Source: Auanema rhodensis (taxonomy: Eukaryota > Animalia > Nematoda). From it: 64,000 bases of DNA. Each line of letters begins with the position of its first letter. The first letter of the stretch is position 1. The translations under genes and the position numbers were made by a program. Positions 52,616 to 64,000 of the stretch are shown here, piece after piece. The stretch covers positions 11,656,001 through 11,720,000 of the forward strand of contig OZ059897.1 in the NCBI GenBank assembly GCA_964057225.1, in the 5' to 3' direction. The notes beneath the pieces were generated by a model. That model saw only the letters and a list, made by a program, of their open reading frames with translations. It had not been told where the DNA came from and searched no databases.

Positions 52616-52621
<6 letters not shown>

Positions 52622-53764
52622 TTTATTATTTATATATTAGAAAGTATTAACTATTATACGAATAGCTGACTGTTTGTTGTTAAATGTTAGTGGCATATTT
52701 TATTCAATTATTTTATTTAATTATAATAGAAAAGAAAGAAAAACACGTTTTTTCCCATAAATATATGAATTTATATATGAGCAGTTGATTTCTCTATTCC
52801 TTTACTGTCTCTCTCTCTTACTATCACAATAGAAGAGAGGAAACAGAACTACTTCATGACTTCGACAGCTTGACACGAGAGAGAGAAAGAAGAAGAGAGA
52901 GAGAAATAGAGACACAAAATCTAGCATGATTCACTTGCATTAGTCAATTGCGATTCAGATAGATTTTAAAAGATATAGTGATTCTTTAAAAGTTCCACAA
53001 AATTACAAAAAAAAATGATTGTGAGATCAATTTGATGGTTTTTTCCCAAATGAATAAAAAAAATCTACAGTATGATGAACCAATTTTGTAAAGTCGTCTG
53101 CTGCAAAGAACATTATATCGTTTCCATATTGTTCTCTCATTCTTTTCTTTTTTTCTTTTCCTCATCTTCATGTTTTTATTTCTTTTCCATCATCTTCATC
53201 ATCATCTTCTTACTTGTCTCTTCTGGTTCACTCCATCATTGACATTCCCTCTGTTCTCCTCCATCCTTCCCTCATATTTTCCTTTTTTAGAATTAAGCCA
53301 AAAGAATAATATGAAGACATTAATGTTTTTTCTTCTTATTATTAGGATATATTATTCTATAATATACTATAGTCTCTGATCATATCACGATTTCAAAGAT
53401 TATAATCTTATCATTTTTATAATTTTAATCATGAAATTCAAGCATTTTAAAGAAATTTTCAAATAAATTTGACTAAACACTGATGCATAAATCAAAGACC
53501 AATCTGTTCTTATATCTAATTATGATTTGACAGCGTCTGTCAAATTCTTTGCTCGAACATAAGTTGGAAAAAAACAACTTGGATACCCTGTAGTTTATTT
53601 TTCTTCAATTTCTTCTATTATCCAGTTTTTGTTAAATAGCTTCATGACATCTATTAACTTAGTATCAGCTTTCTTCAATTTAGATAGACATACTTTGCCT
53701 TCTCTCTATATCGTGAAATTCATTTTTCCACAAAAATTTTTCATTTAAGAATTATAATTATAGG

Positions 53765-56235
53765 ATGACTGGTGGAAAACATCATCAGTTATCAACAACG
53801 GATCAGCATGTTGCTGAAGGTGGTGCAGAAGGAAGTACGGAAGAGGGTATGGAGCGTCTTCAATGGTCGGGAAAGTTTGATTTCCTCATGAGTATGATTG
53901 CCTATGCCGTAGGACTTGGTAAGAAAATCAACTGCATAACCTAGATTGAAACGGATTTTCAGGAAACGTATGGCGTTTCCCTTTCCTCTGCTTCAAAAAT
54001 GGTGGAGGATCATTTCTTATGGCATACGCTGTGTTCTTCTTCTTGGCTGCAGTCCCCATTTTCATTATGGAAGTAACAATAGGTCAATATCTTCAAAGAG
54101 GAGCTATGGAAATGTGGCAGATGTGTCCAATTTTTAAAGGTTTCTATCAAATATACTTGTAAGATATATAGTGTTTATTTTTAATTTTATAGGAGTTGGT
54201 ATTGGTAATGTTGTCATTGCTTTCATGTGCATCGCATACTTTTGTGTGATTGTAAGTTGGGCAATCTTCTATATGATCTCATCATTTAGCTCAACATTCC
54301 CATGGGAAACATGCAATAATTATTGGTATTTATATAATTTTATAAATTAATTACATATAATTTATAATATAGGAATGATCATACATGTATTACCGGACGT
54401 GAAAATCAGTCCGCTCTCCTTAAAATTGTGCAAAATCTTTCCATCAGTAATGAGAAGACTCAATCATCTGTTGAACAATTTTGGGAGTAAGACTGAATCA
54501 TATAAGCTTAGAATTTCGAACTAAAATCTTAAATTTAAGAAATCGTGTACTTCAACAAACTCCTGATATTTCAACATTTGGAGGAATTCAATGGGAATTG
54601 TTTTTCATTATGTTAGGGGCATGGCTTATAATCTATTTTGCTTTATGGAAAGGAATTACTCAAGCTAGAAAGGTAGAAAATTATTATAATTTCTTATTAA
54701 AATAAAAATAAAAATAAAATTTAAATTATATAAATTATATTATAGTTTGTATATTTCTGTGCCTTGTTCCCATATTTCCTTATCTTTGTTCTCTTGATTC
54801 GTGGACTAACACTTGAAGGAGCATCAACTGGTATATATTACTATCTCAAACCGAATATGACAAGGTTATCGGATATAACAGTATGGAAAGATGCTGGAAC
54901 ACAGGTATGCTATAAGAAATTTTATTTATTAATAGATATCTTATACCATATAGGTTTTCTATTCTTATGGTGTAGGATTTGGAGCTTTAATTGCTCTTGG
55001 TTCTCACAATAAGTTCCACCATAACTGCTTCAGGTAATCAAATTTCTATTTTATATTTACATAAAATCAATTATAGAGATGGTTTCATCATGTGTGTCAT
55101 CAATGGATCAACATCCATATTAGCCGGATTTGCTGTATTTTCTATTCTTGGGTACATGTCCGTTGTAGCTCAGAAAGATATTGCGGAAATTGTAAAACCT
55201 GGTAATCAGACTTGATCATCTAGTTTTCCTTCAAATTGTTTCAACTCGTTCTTTTAAGGAGTTGGTCTGGCTTTCTTAGCATATCCTGAGGTATCCAGTA
55301 ATCTTCCTCTTAAACAAGTTTGGGCTTTCTTATTTTTCCTTATGATTACCATCCTTGGATTAGACAGTCAGGTAATTGAAATGAAAGCTCATCGAAACTT
55401 ATAAACAAAAACATTGAAGGTTTGTATGTTAGAAGGATTATTTACTGCATTAGAAGATACATTCCCTAATGTTTTGAGAAGATATCGTAAGATATCATTG
55501 GGAGTTATTTGCCTATTCTTCTTTATATTGGGTATTCCTATGGTAACTCATGTAAGATATACAGTTATTTACAAACTTGAAATATATTTCCCATCTCTAT
55601 AGTCTGGAGCTCATTGGCTCACGATTGTTGATGCTTATGGTGCTAGTGGATATGCTTTACTCTTCGTCGTATTCTTTGAAGTTATCGGACTTTCATGGGG
55701 CTTCGGTATTCTATTAATTGAAAAAAGATTCTTTTTAACTTCTCTCTTCATTGCTCAGGTGCTGCTAGAATTCGTGCTGCTCTAAAGGAAATGACTGGAG
55801 TTACAGTATCAAAAGCTTGGATCTATGTCTGGAAGTTTTCAGCTCCATCAACCAGTTTGGTTAGTTTTCTAAAAACAACATTTCCTTTGAATATTTTTTA
55901 TTTATTAAGATTTTGTTCTCACTTTGTTTGATTTTCTATCAACCAATCAAATATCCAACTGGTGAAGATTTCCCATTATGGGCCAACGTATTCGGATTCT
56001 TCTTATCCTCATGTTCCATGATAGTCATACCTTTATATGCAATCTATTATCTTTTCTGTAGTGGAGATAATCTAACTATCAAAGAGGTATTCAATATTTT
56101 TCAGTTCAAAATGTTATTTTTTAAAAATTTTAGCGTTTCTTACGGGGAATTCAAGCTCCAGATGATTTGAAGACAGGACGACCAGAAGTTGTACACAATG
56201 GAGAAGAAATGCGTTTTATAGACACTCGCGAATAA
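53765..56235 (+). CDS. snf-5: SLC6/NSS sodium:neurotransmitter symporter family transporter, SNF-5-like
   Basis: [61 protein letters not shown]; [17 protein letters not shown]; [11 protein letters not shown]; [14 protein letters not shown]. The family is certain; the snf-5 orthology is from memory. Confidence 0.88.
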
Positions 56236-57047
56236 GCTACGATTTCTTTCTATTCTTCTCTTTTTTTTTCTCTTCATCTTCTAAAGCAGAATCACTTCGA
56301 AAAATTCCGGTTGAAATACATTAGTCAGTTGAATTTTTTTTCGCCTTAAACTCGAATTAATGTAACTATACCAGTCGATCTGAATGTCCTAAAGCAGTTA
56401 TAATTTCCCATTTAGCTACAGAAAAAATATTTTCTTTTTCTTTTCTAAATCGAACGATAATTTATGGGATTGGTTTTATATATACATATATACATACCTA
56501 TCGTAATGATTCTGAAAGGTTGATTTGTCATAATGTTGATCTGTCATTTTTTCATAATAATTTACAAAGAAAACGAAAAAAAATGTGTATTTTTTTAATT
56601 TTTTGAGGACTTTCTACACAATTCCTACATCCGATTTCACTTATATATCTTGCTTTCCTTATTTTCTTTAATAATTGAAAAAGAAAAATTTATATTAACA
56701 TGCATTTCATAGAAGTTCTTTGTTTTAAAAGAAATAAAAAATTTCCAGTAAAAAAAGTTTGTTTTGTTTGATGATTTCTGTTAAAAGATAGAAAACGTTA
56801 ATTGAGTTTGAAAACGGAACAAATACATTGAAGAAGCAAGGTATATAATATAATATTACTGTAGTAATTTTTGTGTTCAATCATGCATATGTAGAATACA
56901 AACAATCCGGTTATTAAGTTGTAATAGTCGTGTTTTCTTTCTTTTTTTTCGGATGAAAATTAACTTGTTAAACTTAAAAATCTTTATTATTTTATGATTT
57001 ATAAACAGTTATTATTACAATATATCCAGGTTTTTAATATTCAGTTA

Positions 57048-60000
57048 TTAATGAAAAATATTCAAAAGATCTGTTGGTGTTCTCATGGAAGCATCTGGTT
57101 GATAACGACGTTCGGTTTTAACGATTGAAGAATCTAACACATATACAATACCATCTTGTAATAAATGGAATCCCTGAAGTAAAAAAATGAAATAATTGGC
57201 AAGAAAATAGATTTAGATATTTCGTTTTTTGCGGTTAATTGAATAAAAAAACATAAAATTGTTATTAGAACCGTTCTGAGCGATTCTGAATGAGGCACTG
57301 AATGTATGTACATACCTTCTTCTTAATTCGATGCAAGATCTTCGACATATTTTCTATTTTATAATCTAGGTCATACCTCAACTTTTGCTTCTTCTATATA
57401 TAGATCACCACTTCTTTCTTGAATTCGAATACTTTCACCAAGTTTATTCAAGATGATTTCAACTCGAATTTCATTCTTCTGGTGTTTCATGTCATGATCA
57501 CATAATGGACCTATAAGGGATATAAGATTCAATGTGAAATATATTTCAAAACACTACGTTCTACAGTATGGCGTTTGATAAATGCATCATTTGATGTTGG
57601 ATTCTGTTTTAAACGTCTGAATCCATTTTTGGAAAAAGCATCGTTATTTGGAGCAAATATAGTTCGAATTGATCTCATACTATCAATCTTACTTTCATCA
57701 CTTTCATCATACAAACTATAAACAGTAATTACATAAGATTATATGAATTTCAAATGAACATCTTACATCTTAAATGAACTTAAATCATCTCTTGATCCCA
57801 AAAATTCTTCAATTGTCATAACTGGATGACCAATTGGCTAAAAAACAATTCATTAATTATATATAATTTCATTTTTTGTCTACCTTATCCACAAAATGAA
57901 GAACAGAATTACATGAAAAGACACTCGTTCTCGATATAATACTACATCCAATCTAAATTTTTACTTGTATAACATATATACAAATATAAATTAAAATTTA
58001 CTTGGAAAGGTGTTCCGGTAGAATGGCTTCCTATTGAAATACGGACATTCAATGGACTGTTTGAATAGAATCTTCCAGCAAATATCTTGAAAAAAAGGTT
58101 TTACAAAACAAGTTCGAGAAAACATTTCTCTATTCTAACCGAAGAATTTCCAGCCGTATGTAGCATGATAGGAGATTGAGGAGTAAGGGAAACCAATTTA
58201 CCAATAATAACATTATCCATGAAATTATCAATCTAAAGTTACAAAACAATTAGTTTGTTTCAAATTCATTAGAAGTTACCTGACTATCATTCTGAGTTGG
58301 AGGCACAAATATAGTTAATGGTTCATCAATGTCTTTTAGATTTGACATTAAAACATCAGCTAATTCTGTATTATATTTCTTTAAACTTTCTTCCCATGGT
58401 ATTACTAAATAAAATAAAATAAAAAATAAATATAATTATAAATCTTACATTCTTCTTTCATAAGTAAATTATCAACAACATGTACAATTCCATTTTTGGC
58501 TACTAAGTTTGATTCACTGATACGAGCATTACCAATTAGAAGATCTTCTTCCTAAACTTTTTTTTTCGAATAAATATTTGAAATAAAAAGAAAATATAAC
58601 CATTTTCTGAAGATGATACATTTGTCCAGTTAAAGCAATTAATGGTCCATCATCTAGTTGATGAGCACATTTTGCTGATCTCAATACATGAGATCTATCA
58701 ATATCTAATATAAGTTAAATCAAATATTAAATAGATTTGTAAATATTTACCTTCAACACAAGATTTCTTTGATAATACTAATTGTTTTATTCTTTCAGGT
58801 AATTTATCAAATATTTCATCAGTAAAAGCCAAAGCAGTATAATATGAATCATCAGATTCAAGAAGTTCCCGAGTTGAATTAGAAAGAACTGAATAAATTT
58901 TAAATAAATATAACAATCAATATTATTATTATTGTATTACGTATAATTTAATGTAAAAATTTAAAAATTTAAATATTTTACAATCTTTTAATAAGAAATA
59001 ACTTACGATTTATGAATTTTTCGAAACGTCCATCTTTTTCCAATAATGTTAAAATATTTTCTGAAGCTGGTTTAATTATATCATTGGTTATATGTAAAAG
59101 ATTATGTTCTGATTTAATATTAACTTGTTGTAATTTAATACAATTTAGATATGTTTCCTAAAAAAATAAATTAAAAAGTAAAAATAATATTGAAATTACA
59201 GTTAATGCTCCTGTATGAGGTTGTAATACAATCAAACGATTATTATCTTCCGTAAAAATTTCTTGTTCAGGTTCCATCTCATAATCTGGTTTGATACCAT
59301 CAATAACAAGAATCTTAAATATAATATTAATTAGTTATTTCTAAAATATATATTTATAAACTTGAGAATTTGGTTGTATAATCAAAGTCTTCTTTTCATA
59401 ATTTGGTAAAGAAGTTATATTATTATTTTCCAATATTTCTTGAACATCATCCAATTTAAATTCTATAATATTAATTTGTTATTATTATCTATTATTAGAA
59501 TAATACCATTGTTACATCCTTTAGAAATATTATCAGTTTCATATCCTGCACAACATTCTTGAATTCTTGTAGTTTCTGTAGCATCCTGGAATTTGAATTT
59601 TTAAAAAGAAAGAAGAGGAAAAGCTCGATTACCTCTGATGATATACGACGTGTTATACAACGTTGACCATGTTTAAACCATTGACATTTCTTATGAAGTT
59701 TGAAAGTATCATTAGATTTGGATAATTTTGAATTAATTTCTCTTACACATACATGAGGTCTAAATTATTTTTTTTTCATAAAATCTTTTTCTATTTCTAA
59801 CTCATCTATCTTACCCATTAATATTTCCTTCTAATGTAGCTGGAATATCTGTTAGAGAATCAAATAATCCAAGTATTGACTTTGACATTGAATTCTTAGA
59901 TTTTGATTCTTTGGAATCAAGAGGATCGCGAATATTTATATTTTTATTTTCTTTTATATCAATATGTGATTCAAAGTGAGAATTGGGATTATTCTATAAT

Positions 60001-60549
60001 AAGGATTATTTCACTTCAAATTTCATTTTACTCACTTTAACGATTTTATCACCAACAATACCCAATAAACGTCCAAATAAGTTTTGAGCCTAAATAAATA
60101 AATAAATAAATAAATAATAATAATAGTTAAATATAATTAAATAAATATCTGATATCTACATACCAAATTTGAAACAGATGTAACTTTTTGAAACATATCA
60201 ATAGTCTCATCACTATCAATACCACGATGTCTATTCTAAAATATATTTTAATTTCTTTTTATTTTTTAATTTTAAAATACAAAATATAAGAAGATTTCTG
60301 CTTACCGATGGTACTACTCTTGTTCGAGTTTGCATATTTCCTTCTTCATTGCTATAGTCATTCTATAAATGATATTAACTATTACATATTGCAATTGAAA
60401 TGATAAACCTGATGAACTTCAACAATACGCGGAGACTTTGGTACATCATAGTCATCAGATGAATCATCGAAGATATCACATAACAAACATTCTTCACCGA
60501 ATGTTATGGTAAATAAGGTTGTAATGAAGATAAGTAATAACAACCTCAT
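57048..60549 (-). CDS. Secreted fasciclin protein (EMI-like Cys domain plus FAS1 repeats; TGFBI/periostin-like)
   Basis: Signal peptide MRLLLLIFITTLFTITFG; GPHVC..ECCAGYE (EMI-like); FAS1 motifs YTALAFTDEIF, LVAKNGIVHVVDNLL, TIFVPP, TIFAPNNDAF, DGIVYVLD. Confidence 0.85.
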
Positions 60550-61096
60550 AAGCTATAATAAGTTTTAAAATTTTATTTTAATTTGAATAAAAACCTTTTT
60601 TTCCGGATAACAAGTATACGCAGACAATAGAAAAACATATAAAGAATCCGTCAGAATCTATTTCTCCTCCCACATTCTCTATGACATTGACCTCTTTTCT
60701 TAGTAAACTGTCAGAAAATGGTATAACAATATTGGAAGAAGATACATAAAAAAATTATAGGAAAGGTAATTTGATGAGTACAAATACATTTTGTGATAAA
60801 TTGAAGAAAATAAATTTCAAAATCTATAAAGAAATCTTGTTTTTTTTCCTTTTAATTACATCTATTAACTAGATTAGTTTATCAGAATGAAAAAATAATG
60901 TCTTTATTTCAATCTATTATTTCATTTCTATTCATTTTTCTTGAAAATCAACTTTTTAGAATCTAAGTTAGGATCGAATATTCTCTTAAACCAGTATATC
61001 TTGTCTTAATATATATTATATACATATCTGAATTGTCATCTTTATATATAAATGAATGATTAAGAAGAATATTGGAAATTTTTAAAGTTTAAGTAA

Positions 61097-61129
<33 letters not shown>
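61097..61129. repeat. (GAT)n microsatellite
   Basis: Directly visible. Confidence 0.9.
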
Positions 61130-61133
<4 letters not shown>

Positions 61134-61723
61134 ATTATCATTTTTTCTAATATGTGTCAACGTTATCACAATGTCGTTGAATCATACAATTTGTGATTTT
61201 ATTTTAAATGAAAATACTGTTTTTTGATGTTTAAAAACTATTTATATTTAGAATTATATGATTATACAGTATAGTATATGTTATATAGAAAAACATATAG
61301 AAAATCTTAAAGCTTTAACTTAATATAATTAATTGATTACAAGGAATAATTATATTTATAAAGATTATTTATATTGATATAATCAAAATAAAATATTATA
61401 TTATTCATATGTTTATGATTATAATTAGAAGAATGATTTCATCCATCCATAAGATTCCGATGTAATGTTTGATTAACTTGACTATTATCCAAAAAAAATG
61501 ACGAAGAGAACTAATTCAATAGAAATAGGATTAGTGATACATTACGATAAACTTCTCTATTATCTCCATTATTGTTGTCATCGACATCGTATGAATATAG
61601 ATGATGCATTCAGAACAAGCTTGATCTCTTGTGTCTTTGTTCCGCCTACTTATAGCTCAAGATTGGTGTTCAAACTTACTATTTGACATCATGCATTATT
61701 CGACATCAAGAAACTTTTTTAAA

Positions 61724-64000
61724 ATGAAGAATTTACTATATATTCTAATATGTATTTCAATAATTCACACATCTAATTCTGTTATAAATCCACCAAATGA
61801 ACCATCGAAAGCAACAACTTCTGGACTCCTAGAAAATGCTGGATATTCATGCCGAACACAACAATCACTTCGATTGGATCGACGACTACATGGAAAGCCT
61901 GAAGTAGGAGAACCACCTCTTGACATTACAGTTTTAGATGAAAATGATAAACCAACTTCATTTTATACTCCAAATAAAATTTATAAAAGTAAGTTGCCAT
62001 GCTTTCTTGCTATTATTATATTTGACCTTCCAGTTAAACTGATTGCTTTTGTGTACTTCCGAGGGCTATTGCTTCAATCACGACTATGTACTCCATCTGG
62101 ACAGATGATAGGATCACTTCGTGGTGGACGATTCATCAAAAACGAGAAATGGATAGATTATGGTAATTCAATTTGTTTTTTCAATTAAATCAAATGGTTT
62201 TAAGGGATCGATTATCAGAATTGTTATAACTTTCATTCAAATGATTCTATCACACACATTAATGATGATAAGAAGTATGAAATGGAGATCATGTGGACAT
62301 CCGACCGTCATCTAGGTTCTGTCCAGTTTTTGTAAGTTTTTCTAAAGCTTTCAAACGAATTATCACCTTTTCCATAATGTTTTTTTTAGATTAACAATAG
62401 CCAAAGAAAATAATGAGTATTGGGAACGATGGGCTTCTCCGACAGCCTTTCTTGAATATTCAAAAGAATCTCATGAAGACTTGAAATCTAATGAAACGGA
62501 AACATTTCGGAATAATGAAACTACCATCATTCCATCTATTACAATAGAATTTGATAATAACTTGGCTTCAATTACTAATCTTAATTCAACAGCAACCGAA
62601 TCTGATAATGATTTGATTAATGGAAATGATACATTCATTATTGAAAGTGCTTCAAATTCTGAGACAATTTTTAAAGAAAATTTAGAGAATGATGGAGCTA
62701 TTCTAGGTAAGTTTCATCTATTTTTCGATTTTTATGAAAATTTTGTTTAGATATTCTTGAGAGTTCAAGTACATTTAAAGAAACATTTGAAACACCATCT
62801 GATGGTTTACCATTTGATTCTTCTTTGTTTGATGAAGTCAACACGTTTTCTACCATATCTTCTGACATTTTTGAAACAACTCCTTCTTCCACGTTTCCAC
62901 CAGAGCCAGTACACACCCCTCGTGCACCTAAGGCAACCAAGGTTCTCCTTCGATTAATGATGAATTAAACTAAAAAACAAAATGAATTTCAGAATGTACC
63001 TATTGCAACTGAGGATCAAATAATCAATGAAGTGACAGAAAGAGTTTTCAAGAAGTATGTTCCTGATAAACAAACAGGTCTTCATACCGATGATGTTCAT
63101 TTTTTGAATTCACATGCTCACCTTCTTCGTGACTTTATTGCTCAATCTGATGCTGAAGGTATGTAATTCAGAAGATTAGTTACATCATGTAGAAAGTATT
63201 TAGAACTATGTCATCAGTCAAATCCCTGTGAGAATGATGGAGAATGTACTGTAGTTGATCGAAAGATTAAATGTGAATGTGTGACAGGATATGTAGGAGA
63301 TCGATGCAATGGTAATATATATTATATAATATATTAATATATATGAAATTTATATATTATAGTTAGTGATGCTTGTATAAATCATGGTTGTTTGGAAGGA
63401 TCATATTGTGTAAATGATATGAAAGGAAGTTATACATGTAAATGTAAAAAAGGATTTGTTGGCTCTTACTGTCAATGTTTGTTTTTCATTATTATATTAA
63501 ATAATAAAATTAAACTATTAAGATCAATGTTCTAAAGATCAATGTTTAAATGGAGGAGAATGTATTATGAGAGGAAGTGCAGAAATTGCTTGTAAATGCT
63601 TACCTGGATATAGTGGCAATAACTGTGAAAGAGGTATAAATCTTATAAAAATATAAATAAATACTTAAATGATATTACAGAAATTAATGAATGTAATTAT
63701 AATCATTGCATGAATGGAGCGGGTTGTACTGATCTTGTTAATGATTATAAATGTCATTGTTCTGAAGGATGGATGGGCAAAAATTGTGATAGTATGATAG
63801 TTACTTCATTAACTTGTGTTCGAACGTTTCATTGATAGGGCCATGTCAGGATGTTTACGGATCTTGTAGAATTTGGAAAAGAGAAGGTCAATGTGAACTC
63901 ATGAGAGGTACAACTGACTATTTCGATGTCAATTGTGCTGCATCATGTGAACAATGCATATACAATAATTCCACACGTTAGATTAGTATTTTCTTATAAT
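61724..64000 (+). CDS. Secreted Reeler + S/T-rich linker + 4 EGF + ShKT domain protein, truncated at the window end
   Basis: Signal peptide MKNLLYILICISIIHTSNS; Reeler motifs FRGLLLQSR..GRF..ITHINDDKK..MWT..VQFLLTI; EGF repeats CHQSNPCENDGEC..CVTGYVGDRC through EINECNYNHCMNGAGC; ShKT PCQDVYGSCRIWKREGQC..NCAASCEQC. Confidence 0.85.

Noticed and set aside
1-64000. tRNA, rRNA, CRISPR arrays, autonomous transposons
   Set aside because: No convincing A/B boxes, cloverleafs, spaced repeats, or transposase/RT motifs seen by eye; a covariance-model scan would be needed to exclude small ncRNAs.

Overview
AT-rich nuclear DNA from a nematode, probably rhabditid/clade V. The evidence is the many ~45-55 nt introns, TTTCAG/TTTTAG acceptors (several just before start codons, as at trans-splice sites), a worm-specific Argonaute and an aqp-8 orthologue. 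Manual exon assembly gives 13 protein-coding genes, in order: 5' part of an unknown gene (-), FMO (-), aqp-8 (+), small secreted peptide/neuropeptide candidate (+), highly divergent WAGO-type Argonaute (+), Fcf2/DNTTIP2 (-), NASP (+), APC1/mat-2 (+), a globin nested antisense in the 2.7-kb APC1 intron (-), a FAM167/LURAP-like coiled-coil protein (-), an SLC6 transporter (snf-5-like, +), an EMI+FAS1 fasciclin (-) and a Reeler-EGF-ShKT protein (+, truncated by the window end). The most notable observations are: (1) the 7-exon, probably myristoylated globin with atypical haem-pocket residues, whose poly(A) signal sits on the APC1 5' splice site; (2) an Argonaute that seems to have lost both slicer and 5'-guide-pocket residues; (3) an aqp-8 with both NPA boxes altered (NPG/NSA), bracketed by a 118-bp direct repeat; (4) a probable nasp-apc1 operon with E2F and CDE-CHR promoter motifs. 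All assignments come from manual translation and remembered family motifs; no database searches were run.
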